Positions 9,305 through 19,093 of a DNA stretch of 64,000 nt are shown here, piece after piece. This DNA comes from an uncultured Acidimicrobiaceae bacterium (GTDB lineage Bacteria > Actinomycetota > Acidimicrobiia > Acidimicrobiales > RAAP-2), in contig CAVPRI010000002.1 in the NCBI GenBank assembly GCA_963707835.1, positions 132,725 to 196,724 on the forward strand, read 5' to 3'. Every line of letters starts with the position of its first letter. Position 1 is the first letter of the stretch. The notes beneath the pieces were generated by a model, which worked only from the letters and a program-made list of their open reading frames with translations, was not told the origin of the DNA and searched no databases. The translations under genes and the position numbers were made by a program.

Positions 9305-11009
9305 GTGACGGCGAGGAACGACGACGTACTGGGCGTCCAGACCGATCTGGTCGTGGTGGGGAGCGGGGCAGCCGGCCTGACGGGCGCCCTGGTCGCCGCC
9401 ATCGGTGGCGCTCGGCGTGACGGTTCTCGAGAAGACCGGCCTGGTGGGCGGCACCACCGCGATCTCCGGTGGCGGCGCCTGGGTGCCCTGCAACCCGGTC
9501 ATGGCCGAAGTGGGGCTCGAGGACTCCCGCGAACAGGCGCTCACCTACCTGCGTGCGTGCACCGGCGAGGCCGGCGAGGACGACCTCCTCGTCGCCCTCG
9601 TCGACCACGGGGCCGACATGGTGCGCCTGCTGCAGAAGGAGGCCGACATCCCGTTCCAGGCCTGGCCCGCGATCGGTGGGGCGATCGACTACCGGGGCTG
9701 GCTGCCCGGCGGCATGCGCGGCGGGCGCACCATTGAGGTGCTCGGCATCTCGGTCTCAGAGCTCGGAGAATGGGCCGACAAACTGCGCAAGGCCCCGGAG
9801 CTGCGCAGCTCGGGGAACATGCTCGAGTACTACCGCCAGCGCATGCACCTCACGCGTCCGGGCTCGGACACGGCAACGGCGATGGCCACGCCGGACCCGC
9901 CGGAGGTCGACACCTACTGGCGCGGTACGGCGCTGATCGCGCGCTTGCTCCAGGCTTGTCTGGGGCGAGGGGTCGTGGTGCATGTCGACACGCCGGCAGT
10001 CGAGGTGGTCATGGAGGACGGCCGGGTCGCGGGCGTGCGGGCCAACCACGATGGCGAGATCGTCGAGTTCCGCGCCCCGCACGTGCTCATGGCGACTGGT
10101 GGCTACGCGCACAACGAGGAGCTCAAGCGGCTCTGGCTCAACCGGCCACTCGTCTACACCTGCGAGAACGAGGCCAACGAGGGTGACGGCCACCGTATGG
10201 GCGCTGCCGTCGGTGCGCAGCTCGCGGGTCTCGGGGACGCATGGTGGATGCCCCACACTCCGATGCTGGGGCCCGACGGTGTCGCGAACGCGGCCGGCAC
10301 CCGCGAGGACCGTGCGCTACCACACACCATGATGGTGAACCCGGCGGGCAGGCGGTTCATGAACGAGGCCGTCAACTACTACGACGCCGGTGAGTCGTTC
10401 GGCGACAAGACCGGCGCGGCCCCGCGTGACTGGCCGGCCTGGCTGCTGTTCGACTCGCAGGGCGTGGAGCGCTACGCCATCCTCGCCTGGAAGATCCCGC
10501 CGCGTGAGTACCGGCCCGACTTCGTGCACGAGGGGAGCACCGTCGAGGAGCTCGCCCAGTCGATCGGGGTGGATCCTGCCACGCTGCAGGACAGCGTCGA
10601 GCGGTTCAACGACTTCGCGCGCCGCGGTGTCGACGAGGATTTCCACCGCGGCGAGAACGCGTGGGACCGCGCCTGGAGCGATCCCGACCATGGCCCCAAC
10701 TCGTCGCTCGGGACGCTCGAGAAGGGGCCGTTCTTCGCGGTGCCCATGTACCCGGGCGCCATCGCGACTCGCGGCGGGCTGCGCATTGACGCGACGGGCC
10801 GTGTGCTCTCGGCTCTCCGTGGCGAGCCGATCCCGGGTCTGTACGCCTCGGGCAACTGTTCCAACGGCGCCGCTGCGGGAGCCTACGCCGGTCCCGGGGC
10901 GACCATCGGACCCGCCATGACCTTCGGCTACCTCATCGGACGGCAGGTCGCCGAGGCGGCGACGTCCGACGGGAAGGTCGATGTCGCCACGGCGAGAAAG
11001 ACGAGCTGA
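9305..11009 (+). CDS. FAD-dependent oxidoreductase (3-ketosteroid-dehydrogenase / fumarate-reductase flavoprotein-like). Frame break near 9400-9410.
   Basis: GTG 9305 follows GGAGGGAGCGGGGAG. DLVVVGSGAAGLTGALVAAIGG (frame of ORF 9206..9736) joins ORF 9405..11009 (LGVTVLEKTGLVGGTTAISGGGAWVP..ATRGGLRIDATGRVL..GLYASGNCS). Confidence 0.85.
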
Positions 11010-11044
11010 GCAGGAGCTCGCGTTCGACAAGAAGGAAGGAGTCC

Positions 11045-11812
11045 ATGGACGGGCTGCAGGACAAGACGGTGCTGATCGCCGGAGGAACCGGCATGATCGG
11101 CACGGCAACGGCGTTGCGCCTCGCACTGGAGGGTGCACAGGTCGTGGTGGGCTCGCGCACCGACTCCGCCGTCGAACAGGTCGTCGAGAAGATCCAGGCC
11201 GAGGGCGGTGAGGCGCGACCCGTCCACCTCGACATCGCCGACGAGGGCTCGGTGGCGGCGGCTGTGCGGACGGCAGTGGACGCCTACGGGGGTCTCGATG
11301 CGGTGCACGTGAATGCGGGCAACATGGACCGCGAGGTGATCATGAACGACACCAACGCGGCGGAGATCGACCTCGAGGTGTTCGACCGCACACTGCAGGT
11401 GAACCTCCGCGGGTCTCTCCTCTGCACCCGGTACGCCATCCCCGAGATCCTCAAGCGAGGAGGTGGCTCGCTCGTCTACACCAGTTCTTCCGCCGCATTC
11501 GTCGGCGAACCCGAACGACCCGCCTACGCCGTCAGCAAGATCGGCGTCCATGCCCTGGTGCGGCACGTCGCGTCGCGATGGGGCAAGGAGGGGATCCGGG
11601 CCAACGGCATCGCACCGGGCCCGATCCTGACCGACGAAGCTGAAGGGTATCTACCTCCCGAGTACAAGGAGGCAATGTTGGCTCAGGTTCGCAGTCCACG
11701 CCTCGGTCGGCCCGAGGACGTCGCGGCGATGGTTGCCTTCCTCATGTCGTCGGAGGGCGAGTGGATCAACGGCCAGAGTCTCAGTGTCGACGGTGGGATG
11801 ACCTTGCGCTGA
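11045..11812 (+). CDS. Short-chain dehydrogenase/reductase
   Basis: ORF 11045..11812 has TVLIAGGTGMIGTATALRLA, NAGN, a YAVSK catalytic motif and SLSVDGGMTL. An AAGGAAGGAG RBS precedes it. Confidence 0.9.
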   Translation: MDGLQDKTVLIAGGTGMIGTATALRLALEGAQVVVGSRTDSAVEQVVEKIQAEGGEARPVHLDIADEGSVAAAVRTAVDAYGGLDAVHVNAGNMDREVIMNDTNAAEIDLEVFDRTLQVNLRGSLLCTRYAIPEILKRGGGSLVYTSSSAAFVGEPERPAYAVSKIGVHALVRHVASRWGKEGIRANGIAPGPILTDEAEGYLPPEYKEAMLAQVRSPRLGRPEDVAAMVAFLMSSEGEWINGQSLSVDGGMTLR

Positions 11813-11868
11813 TGGTGACGCGACGGACGCACCGACTGAATTTTGACTGAACTTGGAAAGGATCCGAA

Positions 11869-13239
11869 ATGACCACCACCGACAAGCTGATCATCGTGTC
11901 GGCCGACTCTCACGCCACGGTTCCCGTCGAGCTGTGGTCGGACTACCTCGAGTCGAGCTTCCACGAGTACCTCCCCAGGCTCCGAAGGGAGCGGGACGTC
12001 TACTACGAGTCGGTGTGGCCGCTGAGCAACCAGGTGATGGCGGGCGAGATCCTCGAAGACCACAGCACCGGTGGTGTCCGGGGCGTGCACGACCTCGGGG
12101 TGCGTCTCGAGCAGATGGACCGGGAGGGCATTTCGGCGGAGCTGGTGTACCTCGGCGACTTTCGCACCACTGACCTCGCCCACAACGTGACCAATGGCGT
12201 GTACCCGTTCGAGGTGTGGGACGCCGGCGCCCGCGCGTTCGACCGCTGGATCTTCGATGCCTTCGGAAAGGCGCCGGACCGCCTCCTTCTCACGGGAGCC
12301 ATTGGCTCGTGCACCAACATGGACTCGGCAGTCGCCGAAGTGCGCTGGATCGCCGACCACGGTTTCGTGGGGACGTTCACGCCGGGCTTCATGCGTCATG
12401 CGGACATGCCGCCACTGTTCGACGACTACTGGGAGCCGTTCTGGGCCGAGTGCGAGTCACGCGGAATCGCGTTGGTGGTGCACGCCGGGTACGGAGAGGA
12501 GCAGGGAGTCACCTACGAGCACATGGAGCGGATCTACCGCGAGGTGAAGGAGTCGGGCGGTAGCGAGATGGACATGGTGATGCGGCTGGCGACCGAGCTG
12601 TTCACATCGAGCTTCTTCTCGGATCCGAAGCCGCGGCAGCCGATGTGGCAGTTGATGTTGGGAGGCGTGTTCGACCGCCACCCCGATCTGAAACTGGTCA
12701 TGACGGAGGTTCGGGTCGACTGGCTACCCGCCACCCTGTCCTATCTCGACGGGCTGTTCGAGGAACACCGTGCCGATCTCCGCGCCAAGCGGTGCCCGAG
12801 CGAGTACTGGCGCGACAACTGCATGGCCGGTGCCTCCTTCATCCACAAGGTCGAGGTGGAGATGCGCCACCAGATCGGGGTGGAGTCCCTGATGTTCGGC
12901 CGCGACTATCCGCACCCCGAGGGAACCTGGCCCAACACACCCGACTGGCTTCGTGACGCGTTCGCCGAGGTCCCCGAGGACGAGCTTCGGCTCATGCTCG
13001 GCGAGAACGCCATCCGCTTCTTCGGGCTCGACGAAGGCGCCTTGGCCGCCGTCGCCGATCGAATCGGCCCGACCGTCGAGTCCATCACCGGCGAGGGTCC
13101 CGCGGTGAACCCCGAGGTGATCAATCTCTTCGACGTGCGGGGTGGCTACCTGAAGCCGGCGGAGGGAGGGGAGAAGATCCCTGAGATCGACGCCACCGTA
13201 CGTCGGGACCTCGCCGGCATCGGCGCACGGGAGTCGTAG
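11869..13239 (+). CDS. Metal-dependent amidohydrolase (PF04909-like), paralog 2 (456-aa subtype)
   Basis: MTTTDKLIIVSADSHATVPVELWSDYLE.. and ..FGRDYPHPEGTWPNTPDWLRDAFAEVPEDELRLMLGENAIRFFGLD. Intact. Confidence 0.9.
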   Translation: MTTTDKLIIVSADSHATVPVELWSDYLESSFHEYLPRLRRERDVYYESVWPLSNQVMAGEILEDHSTGGVRGVHDLGVRLEQMDREGISAELVYLGDFRTTDLAHNVTNGVYPFEVWDAGARAFDRWIFDAFGKAPDRLLLTGAIGSCTNMDSAVAEVRWIADHGFVGTFTPGFMRHADMPPLFDDYWEPFWAECESRGIALVVHAGYGEEQGVTYEHMERIYREVKESGGSEMDMVMRLATELFTSSFFSDPKPRQPMWQLMLGGVFDRHPDLKLVMTEVRVDWLPATLSYLDGLFEEHRADLRAKRCPSEYWRDNCMAGASFIHKVEVEMRHQIGVESLMFGRDYPHPEGTWPNTPDWLRDAFAEVPEDELRLMLGENAIRFFGLDEGALAAVADRIGPTVESITGEGPAVNPEVINLFDVRGGYLKPAEGGEKIPEIDATVRRDLAGIGARES

Positions 13240-13263
13240 CGCCAACTCTCTTCCGAAGGGACG

Positions 13264-14202
13264 TCAGCCGCTCGGGGTCACGGCCGTGATGGTGTCCACC
13301 TGGGCCAGCACGTCAGCCCCCGGCCGCCAGGCGCCGGCGGCCACGTTGGCGTGTACCTGTTCGGGCTTGGTGGCGCCGGCGATGACCGAAGATATTGAGG
13401 GACGGGTCAACAGCCAGCTGATGGCCAGGTCCAACACACTGTGCCCGTGGTCGGCAGCCAGGCTCTCGAGGGCCGCCACCTGCGCCATGCGGGCATCCGC
13501 CAGATCGGCGGCGGCGCGGTCCCCCATGGCGGCCAGACGCGTGCCCTCCGGCGCCGGCTCCCCGGCGCGGTACTTGCCGCTGAGAAGTCCACTGGCCAGT
13601 GGGTAGAAGGGGAGGAAGGAAACCCCCGTGCGGTCGCAGAAGTCGAGGACGCCGTCGCGTTCGGGGTCCCGGTCCAAGACGTTGTAGTGGTTCTGCACGC
13701 TGGCGAAGCCCGGTTGGCCTTCGGTGACGGCACCGGCAGCTTCCTCGAGCATCGCGGCGGTGAAGTTGGAGCAGCCGATCTCACGGACTTTGCCCTCGTG
13801 GACCAGATCGGCCAACGCTCCGAGCGTCTCGGCCACAGGGGTCTGGGGGTCAGGGAGATGAAGCTGGTAGAGGTCGATCCGGTCGGTGCCCAGCCGGTTC
13901 AGGCTGGCCTCGACGGCACGGCGCACGTAGCTGGGTGAACCGCCACCTTCGACGTCGCCGAAGGCCATGCCGAACTTGGTGGCCACGACGACCTCGTCGC
14001 GGTGTGACCCCAGTGCCTCGCCCAGATACGTCTCGCTCTTGGTGCGGCCGTACCCATCGGCCGTGTCGAAGAGCGTGATTCCGGCATGGAGCGCGGCCCC
14101 GACCACGGCGTGCGAGTCGTCGCGTCCGATTCGCATGCCGAAGTTGTTGCACCCGAGCCCGACCTCGCTGACCTCGAGCGAGCCGATCTTCCGCGTTTGC
14201 AT
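13264..14202 (-). CDS. Aldo/keto reductase
   Basis: MQTRKIGSLEVSEVGLGCNNFG..LFDTADGYG..IDLYQLHLPD. Intact 312 aa. Confidence 0.9.
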   Translation of the reverse strand: MQTRKIGSLEVSEVGLGCNNFGMRIGRDDSHAVVGAALHAGITLFDTADGYGRTKSETYLGEALGSHRDEVVVATKFGMAFGDVEGGGSPSYVRRAVEASLNRLGTDRIDLYQLHLPDPQTPVAETLGALADLVHEGKVREIGCSNFTAAMLEEAAGAVTEGQPGFASVQNHYNVLDRDPERDGVLDFCDRTGVSFLPFYPLASGLLSGKYRAGEPAPEGTRLAAMGDRAAADLADARMAQVAALESLAADHGHSVLDLAISWLLTRPSISSVIAGATKPEQVHANVAAGAWRPGADVLAQVDTITAVTPSG

Positions 14203-14287
14203 GGGCGCCTCCTCAATTCGGCTGGCCGGTCGTCCCTTGCACCGGCTGCCGTACTGTACCGGCGCGCCGGTCGCCTACCCTGACCCG

Positions 14288-15802
14288 ATGAGCACCGGGG
14301 CTGAATCGGCCGACGACAACCTGGAGTCGCCCCTGCCCCACGCTCCGACCGAGGACGTGCCCCGGATCCACCCCCGCTCACTCCCCGAGCCCACGCGGCG
14401 TGAGCTGTTTCGCCGTGGCCGCACCATCGCCATGGTCGTGGGGCTCCATTTCGCCCCGACCCTGCTGCGCCAGCTGCGAACCATCCGGCAAGGTCCATTG
14501 CCGGCCTGGCAGCTGGCCCGACCCCTGCGCAAGAGCTTCGTGGACCTCGGGGGGACGTTCATGAAGTTCGGCCAGATCATCGCCTCGTCGCCTGGCCTGT
14601 TCGGTGACGAGGCGGCCGACGAATTCCGCGCCTGCCTCGACACGGGCCCTCCGGTGCCGTTCCCCGACGTGCGCCAGCAGGTGGAGGAAGACCTTGGCCT
14701 CTCGTTGCACGACGCCTTCGCCGAGTTCGATTCCCGCCCGATCGGCACGGCGTCGATCGCCGTCGTGCACCGGGCTCGTCTGCACGACGGGCGCGTGGTG
14801 GCCGTGAAGGTGCTGAGGCCTGGGATCGAGCACGTGGTGGCGACCGACCTCGACCTCATGCAGCCGTTGCTCGAGATCCTGGTGCGCCAGACGGGCGACC
14901 AAATGGCCGGCTCGACTCTTCAGGTTCTCGATGGGTTTCGTGTCCAGATCGGCGAGGAAATGGACCTGCGCAACGAGGCACGCTCCATGGAGCACTTCCG
15001 CCGCCTCCAGGGGGAGTTCGGCCTGTCGCGCCTGGCCGTGCCCGAGCCGTACCGCGAGCTCTCGGGACGCAACGTGCTGACCATGGAGTTCTTCGACGGA
15101 GTGCCGATCGACGACCTGGCCCAGGTGGCCGAACTGGGATTCGACCCCACCCCCCTCGTGGAGGAGGTGATGCGCGCCTTCTTCCTCACCACCGTGCGGT
15201 GGGGGGCGTTCCACGGTGACGTGCACGCCGGCAACATGATGCTCTTGCGCGATGGGCGGATCGGGATCATCGACTGGGGCATCGTGGGGCGTCTGGACGC
15301 GGCGACGCACCGCTTCTTCCTGGCGCTCCTCTCGGCGGGGCTGGGCAACGAGGCGGCGTGGCCGGTGCTGACCCGGCACATCACCAACGTGTACGGTCCG
15401 GCCATCGGACTGGCGGTCGGTCTCTCGGACGAGGAACTTCCGGTCTTCTTCCGCTCCATTGTCGAGCCCGCTCTGACGCGTCCTTTCGGCGAGGTCAGCC
15501 TGGCCGGCATCATGCAGACGATTCAGCTCCAGATGGCGCGAGCCCAGGGGATGGAGGCGCACCGACGCAGTCTGCGGGCGATCCTCCGACGTCTCCAGAC
15601 GCAGCGCGCCCTGCGCCGGCTCGCCGACCAGTCGGGCGGGCTCATGTCCGACTTCGACCGGGGGACCTTCCTGCTGGCCAAACAGCTCATGTATTTCGAA
15701 CGCTACGGCCGCATGTTCGTCTCGAACGTCCCGCTCCTCCACGACCGAGAATTCCTCGAGCGGCTCCTGGCGGGGGTCGACCTCTCCGACCTGGACGAGT
15801 GA
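14288..15802 (+). CDS. ABC1/UbiB (AarF) family atypical kinase
   Basis: Within ORF 13967..15802: LGGTFMKFGQIIASSPGLF, IGTASIAVVHRARL.DGR.VAVKVLRPGI, FHGDVHAGNMMLLRDGRIGIIDWG. ATG 14288 is the first start clear of the convergent AKR gene. Confidence 0.85.
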   Translation: MSTGAESADDNLESPLPHAPTEDVPRIHPRSLPEPTRRELFRRGRTIAMVVGLHFAPTLLRQLRTIRQGPLPAWQLARPLRKSFVDLGGTFMKFGQIIASSPGLFGDEAADEFRACLDTGPPVPFPDVRQQVEEDLGLSLHDAFAEFDSRPIGTASIAVVHRARLHDGRVVAVKVLRPGIEHVVATDLDLMQPLLEILVRQTGDQMAGSTLQVLDGFRVQIGEEMDLRNEARSMEHFRRLQGEFGLSRLAVPEPYRELSGRNVLTMEFFDGVPIDDLAQVAELGFDPTPLVEEVMRAFFLTTVRWGAFHGDVHAGNMMLLRDGRIGIIDWGIVGRLDAATHRFFLALLSAGLGNEAAWPVLTRHITNVYGPAIGLAVGLSDEELPVFFRSIVEPALTRPFGEVSLAGIMQTIQLQMARAQGMEAHRRSLRAILRRLQTQRALRRLADQSGGLMSDFDRGTFLLAKQLMYFERYGRMFVSNVPLLHDREFLERLLAGVDLSDLDE

Positions 15803-15938
15803 GGCCTGCCCCGGACCACCGCGAGGCCGACCGGTATGATCGGCCATGTCAACCGCGACCGAACGAGGAGGGGCGCGTGAGGGTCGTCGTGCGCCGAGGG
15901 GTCCCGTGCTACCCGGTGGTCGGCGCGATACCGATTGA

Positions 15939-17460
15939 GGAAGACTGACACTCCAGACGCCGACCTCGCCGCGCGCCCGTTTCGCTCCGTCGCCGACCGG
16001 ATACTTCCACGTCGGGAGCGCACGGGCCGCGCTGTTCAACTGGCTGTTCGTCCGCCGCCTGGGCGGAACGTTCATTCTCCGGATTGAGGACACCGACGAA
16101 GCGCGGAACCGTCCCGAGTGGACCGACGGCATCATTGGCGCGCTCGATTGGCTCGGGATGTCGCCCGACGAGGGCCCCTACTTCCAGTCGGAAATGGACG
16201 CGGTGCACGGCGCGGCGATCGAGGCGCTATGGGCCAGCGGAGCGCTCTACGCGTGCGAGTGCACCCGAGAGGAGATCGACGAGCGGACGCGGCAACGTGC
16301 TGCCGCTGGCGACCCGACACCCGGCTATGACGGCCATTGCCGCGACCTCGGCTTGCCCCGTGGGGACGGCCGGGCTCTGCGGTTCCGCACTCCCGACGAG
16401 GGCGTGGTGCCGGTGCACGACCTGGTACGCGGTGACCTCGAGTTCCCACTGCGGGCGCTCGAGGACTTCATCTGCGTGAAGGGCAACGGCAAGCCGCTCT
16501 TCGTCCTGGCCAACGCCGTCGACGATCGCACCATGGCCATCACGCACGTGATCCGCGGTGAAGATCAACTGCCGACCACGCCGCGTCAAATCATGCTCTG
16601 GGCAGCATTGAACGCTGCCGAGGACAACGATCTGGCCCTCCCCGCATACGCCCATCTGCCCCTCTTGGTGAACGAGCAGGGCAAGAAGCTGTCCAAGCGG
16701 CGGGACCCGGTGGCGGTGGAGATGTACCGAGAGCAGGGCTATCTGCCTTCGGCCTTTCGCAACTACCTGGCCCTGTTGGGCTGGAGCCCCGGTGACGAGG
16801 AGATCGTGCCGCTCGAGGAGATCGTGGACCGGTTCCGGCTCGAGGACGTGCAACGCTCACCCGCCTACTTCGACACGAAGAAGCTCTCGCACGTCAACGG
16901 CGTCTACATCCGGGCGCTGTCCCTGCCTGACTTCGTCTCGGCGGCCCGGCCATGGGTTGACCCGGTCCCGGGCGAGTGGGCGCCGGGCGGGTGGCGCGAC
17001 CCCGACACGGGCGCGCCGGCCACCGAACCGCCGCCCTGGCCGCCCGAGCGCTTCGACGCAGGGAGATTCTCGGCGCTGGCGGAGGTCACCCGAGAGCGGG
17101 TCACTGTCCTTGGCGAGGTTCCGGGGCTCGTCGACTTCGTGTTCCTCCACGACACACCCGACGACCCCGAGAGCTGGACAAAGGCGGTGGCGAGCGACGA
17201 GGAGGCACCCCGGATATTGGCCGACGCTCTTGAGGCCTATCAGACCTGTCCGTGGGACCTCGAGTCCTTGCACGCCGCCACGCTGGCCATCGCCGAACGC
17301 CTCGGCCGCAAGTTGGGCAAGGCCCAGGCTCCGATTCGGGTGGCGGTCATGGGACGAACGCCGCGGCCTCCCGCTGTTCGACTCCCTGGTCGTGCTCGGC
17401 CGCGACGAGACGTGCCGCCGGCTGGTCAGCGCGTTGGCGCGGCTGTTCCCGGCAGCCTGA
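15939..17460 (+). CDS. gltX: Glutamyl-tRNA synthetase. The start is unresolved and there is a frame break near 17355-17362.
   Basis: Hand translation upstream of ORF 16158 reads RFAPSPTGYFHVGSARAALFNWLFVRRLGGTFILRIEDTDEARN. The ORF contains HVIRGEDQLPTTPRQ and KLSKR. The C-terminus GLPLFDSLVVLGRDETCRRLVSALARLFPAA-stop lies in the frame of ORF 16792..17460. Confidence 0.9.
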
Positions 17461-18083
17461 TGCTCCTTGCCCCTCTTCGCTGGGCGTTGCGCATCGGCGT
17501 CGTCGTATTGGCCGGCATCGTCTTGTACTTCGGCGTGACCCTGGTGCAGGTGTGGTTGACCTCGCGCCGCTACGATCCACATCCGGCGGGAGCCATCCTG
17601 GTCATGGGCGCGGCCCAGTACAACTGCGTGCCCTCACCAGACCTTCGGGCCCGGCTCAACGAGGCCGACATGCTGTACCGCGGCGGCGATGCACACCTGA
17701 TCATGGTGACTGGCAACAAGCGGCCAGGTGACGCCTGCACCGAAGCGGAGTCGGGGGCGAGGTATCTCGAAAAGGTGGACGACGTGCCGGCGAGCGACAT
17801 CCTCAAAGCTGGCGGCGACGACAGCTATGAAAACGTCGCCGACGCTCTCCCCGTGCTCCGGGCGCACCACGTCCACGACGTCCTCGTCACCACCGACCCC
17901 TTCCACGAGGACCGTTCCATGGCAATCGTGTCGGAACTGTCGATGGTGCCGAGCCCGACGCCGACCCGGACCTCGCCCATTACGGGCTGGTCCACCCTGC
18001 CCTATTTCATGAAAGAAACGGTCGGCGTCGGACTCGGCCGTATCATCGGCTTCAACCATCTGGAGTGGCTGCACGCCGCCTGA
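17460..18083 (+). CDS. YdcF/ElyC (DUF218) family protein with an N-terminal TM helix
   Basis: ATG 17460 overlaps the gltX stop (TGATG). It reads MLLAPLRWALRIGVVVLAGIVLYFGV..AILVMGAAQY..LIMVTGN..VLVTTDPFHEDRS. Confidence 0.8.
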   Translation: MLLAPLRWALRIGVVVLAGIVLYFGVTLVQVWLTSRRYDPHPAGAILVMGAAQYNCVPSPDLRARLNEADMLYRGGDAHLIMVTGNKRPGDACTEAESGARYLEKVDDVPASDILKAGGDDSYENVADALPVLRAHHVHDVLVTTDPFHEDRSMAIVSELSMVPSPTPTRTSPITGWSTLPYFMKETVGVGLGRIIGFNHLEWLHAA

Positions 18084-18117
18084 GCCGCGCCAGCGTGACC
18101 TGCGAGCCCATCGGCGA

Positions 18118-18624
18118 TCAGAGGCCGGGTTGGTCTGACGCCGAGGGGACGGCGAAGGTGATCGGCACCACCGTTCCTTGACCCTGGGCGGTGCTGATCC
18201 CGATCACACAGGTGGTATTGCCTGGCACTCCGCAGTAGCCGTCCCCGACGATGCCGGTCCTTACGAGGAAGTGGGCTGAGAAGGAGCCGTTGCGGTCGAC
18301 CCGGATGAGGGCGGCGTGTGTGATGTCGCAGTGCGACGCATCTCTCGAGGGATTCATGTGGCCGCGTACGCTCGCGGTGCATTCGGCGATGAACCATGCC
18401 GGCGCGCCGTTCGCCGGAGGCTTTCCCAGTCCCCGGCCTGTCACGGTGACAGCCTGGCCCTCGACAAGGCCGTGGCTCGGCAGCACCCTGGCCGTCACGC
18501 CCGGCCGGGGTGCCTGGGCGGCTCCGGCGCAAGAAGGAGTGACGAGCGGAGCCAGGGTGAGGACGGCCAGGCATCCCCCACGTCCGGCATATCCGGTGAT
18601 CGCGCCCCTCGACCACCCGCGCAC
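18118..18624 (-). CDS. Secreted neocarzinostatin-family-like beta-sandwich protein
   Basis: A signal-like N-terminus is followed by VLPSHGLVEGQAVTVTGRGL..AEC..HFLVRTG..YCGVPGNTTCVIGIS..VPITF. This parallels apo-NCS (VTPSSGLSDGTVVKVAGAGL..QC..C..C.VG.S..ISF). Confidence 0.6.
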   Translation of the reverse strand: MRGWSRGAITGYAGRGGCLAVLTLAPLVTPSCAGAAQAPRPGVTARVLPSHGLVEGQAVTVTGRGLGKPPANGAPAWFIAECTASVRGHMNPSRDASHCDITHAALIRVDRNGSFSAHFLVRTGIVGDGYCGVPGNTTCVIGISTAQGQGTVVPITFAVPSASDQPGL

Positions 18625-18782
18625 GCCTCTCCTCTCGACCGCCTCGGCTCTCCGCTGGACTTAGTCGGGGATCCCGGGCGCCGCATCATGCCACCGGGGC
18701 AGCGCCGGATCGTCGCGCCCCCACCCTTGTGATCCGGCCGACCAGGGTCAGAAGTCGCTGGGCTAATCTGAACGTCACCCAT

Positions 18783-18854
18783 TCGGGGGTGGTGTAATCG
18801 GCAACACGACTGGTTCTGGTCCAGTTATTGAGGGTTCGAGTCCTTCCCCCCGAG
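18783..18854 (+). tRNA. tRNA-Gln (anticodon CTG)
   Basis: Hand-folded. Acceptor TCGGGGG/CCCCCGA, D arm GTGT-AATCGGCA-ACAC, anticodon arm ACTGG-TTCTGGT-CCAGT, T arm GAGGG-TTCGAGT-CCTTC, discriminator G. CCA is not encoded. Confidence 0.9.
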
Positions 18855-18892
18855 CACTGGTGACGACCATCTCTGTGATGGCGTCTCCACAC

Positions 18893-18965
18893 GGCCCCAT
18901 CGTCTAGTGGCCTAGGACACCACCCTCTCAAGGTGGCGACACGGGTTCGAATCCCGTTGGGGCTG
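18893..18965 (+). tRNA. tRNA-Glu (anticodon CTC)
   Basis: Hand-folded. Acceptor GGCCCCA/TGGGGCT, GTCTAGTGGCCTAGGAC D arm typical of tRNA-Glu, anticodon arm CCACC-CTCTCAA-GGTGG, T arm ACGGG-TTCGAAT-CCCGT. Confidence 0.9.
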
Positions 18966-19093
18966 CAAAGAAAGACCAGTTCAGAGCAGCAATAAGCACT
19001 CTGAGTTCCGCGGCAAAGTCAGTTGCCCATCCGTTTGCCCAACCATTCAGGTGGAGTCGGGGAGACCAGTCGGACAGGGTGGAGGCGGCAGGC

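Noticed and set aside
16158-18083. The 641-aa ORF read as a GluRS-DUF218 fusion protein.
   Set aside because: It is an artefact of the frame break at ~17358. The native GluRS C-terminus ends at TGA 17458-17460 in another frame, and the DUF218 gene has its own ATG at 17460.
18728-18770. A sigma-70-like promoter for the tRNA pair (TTGTGA .. TAATCT).
   Set aside because: The spacing between the candidate hexamers is 31 nt, and no alternative -35 hexamer lies at 16-18 nt.
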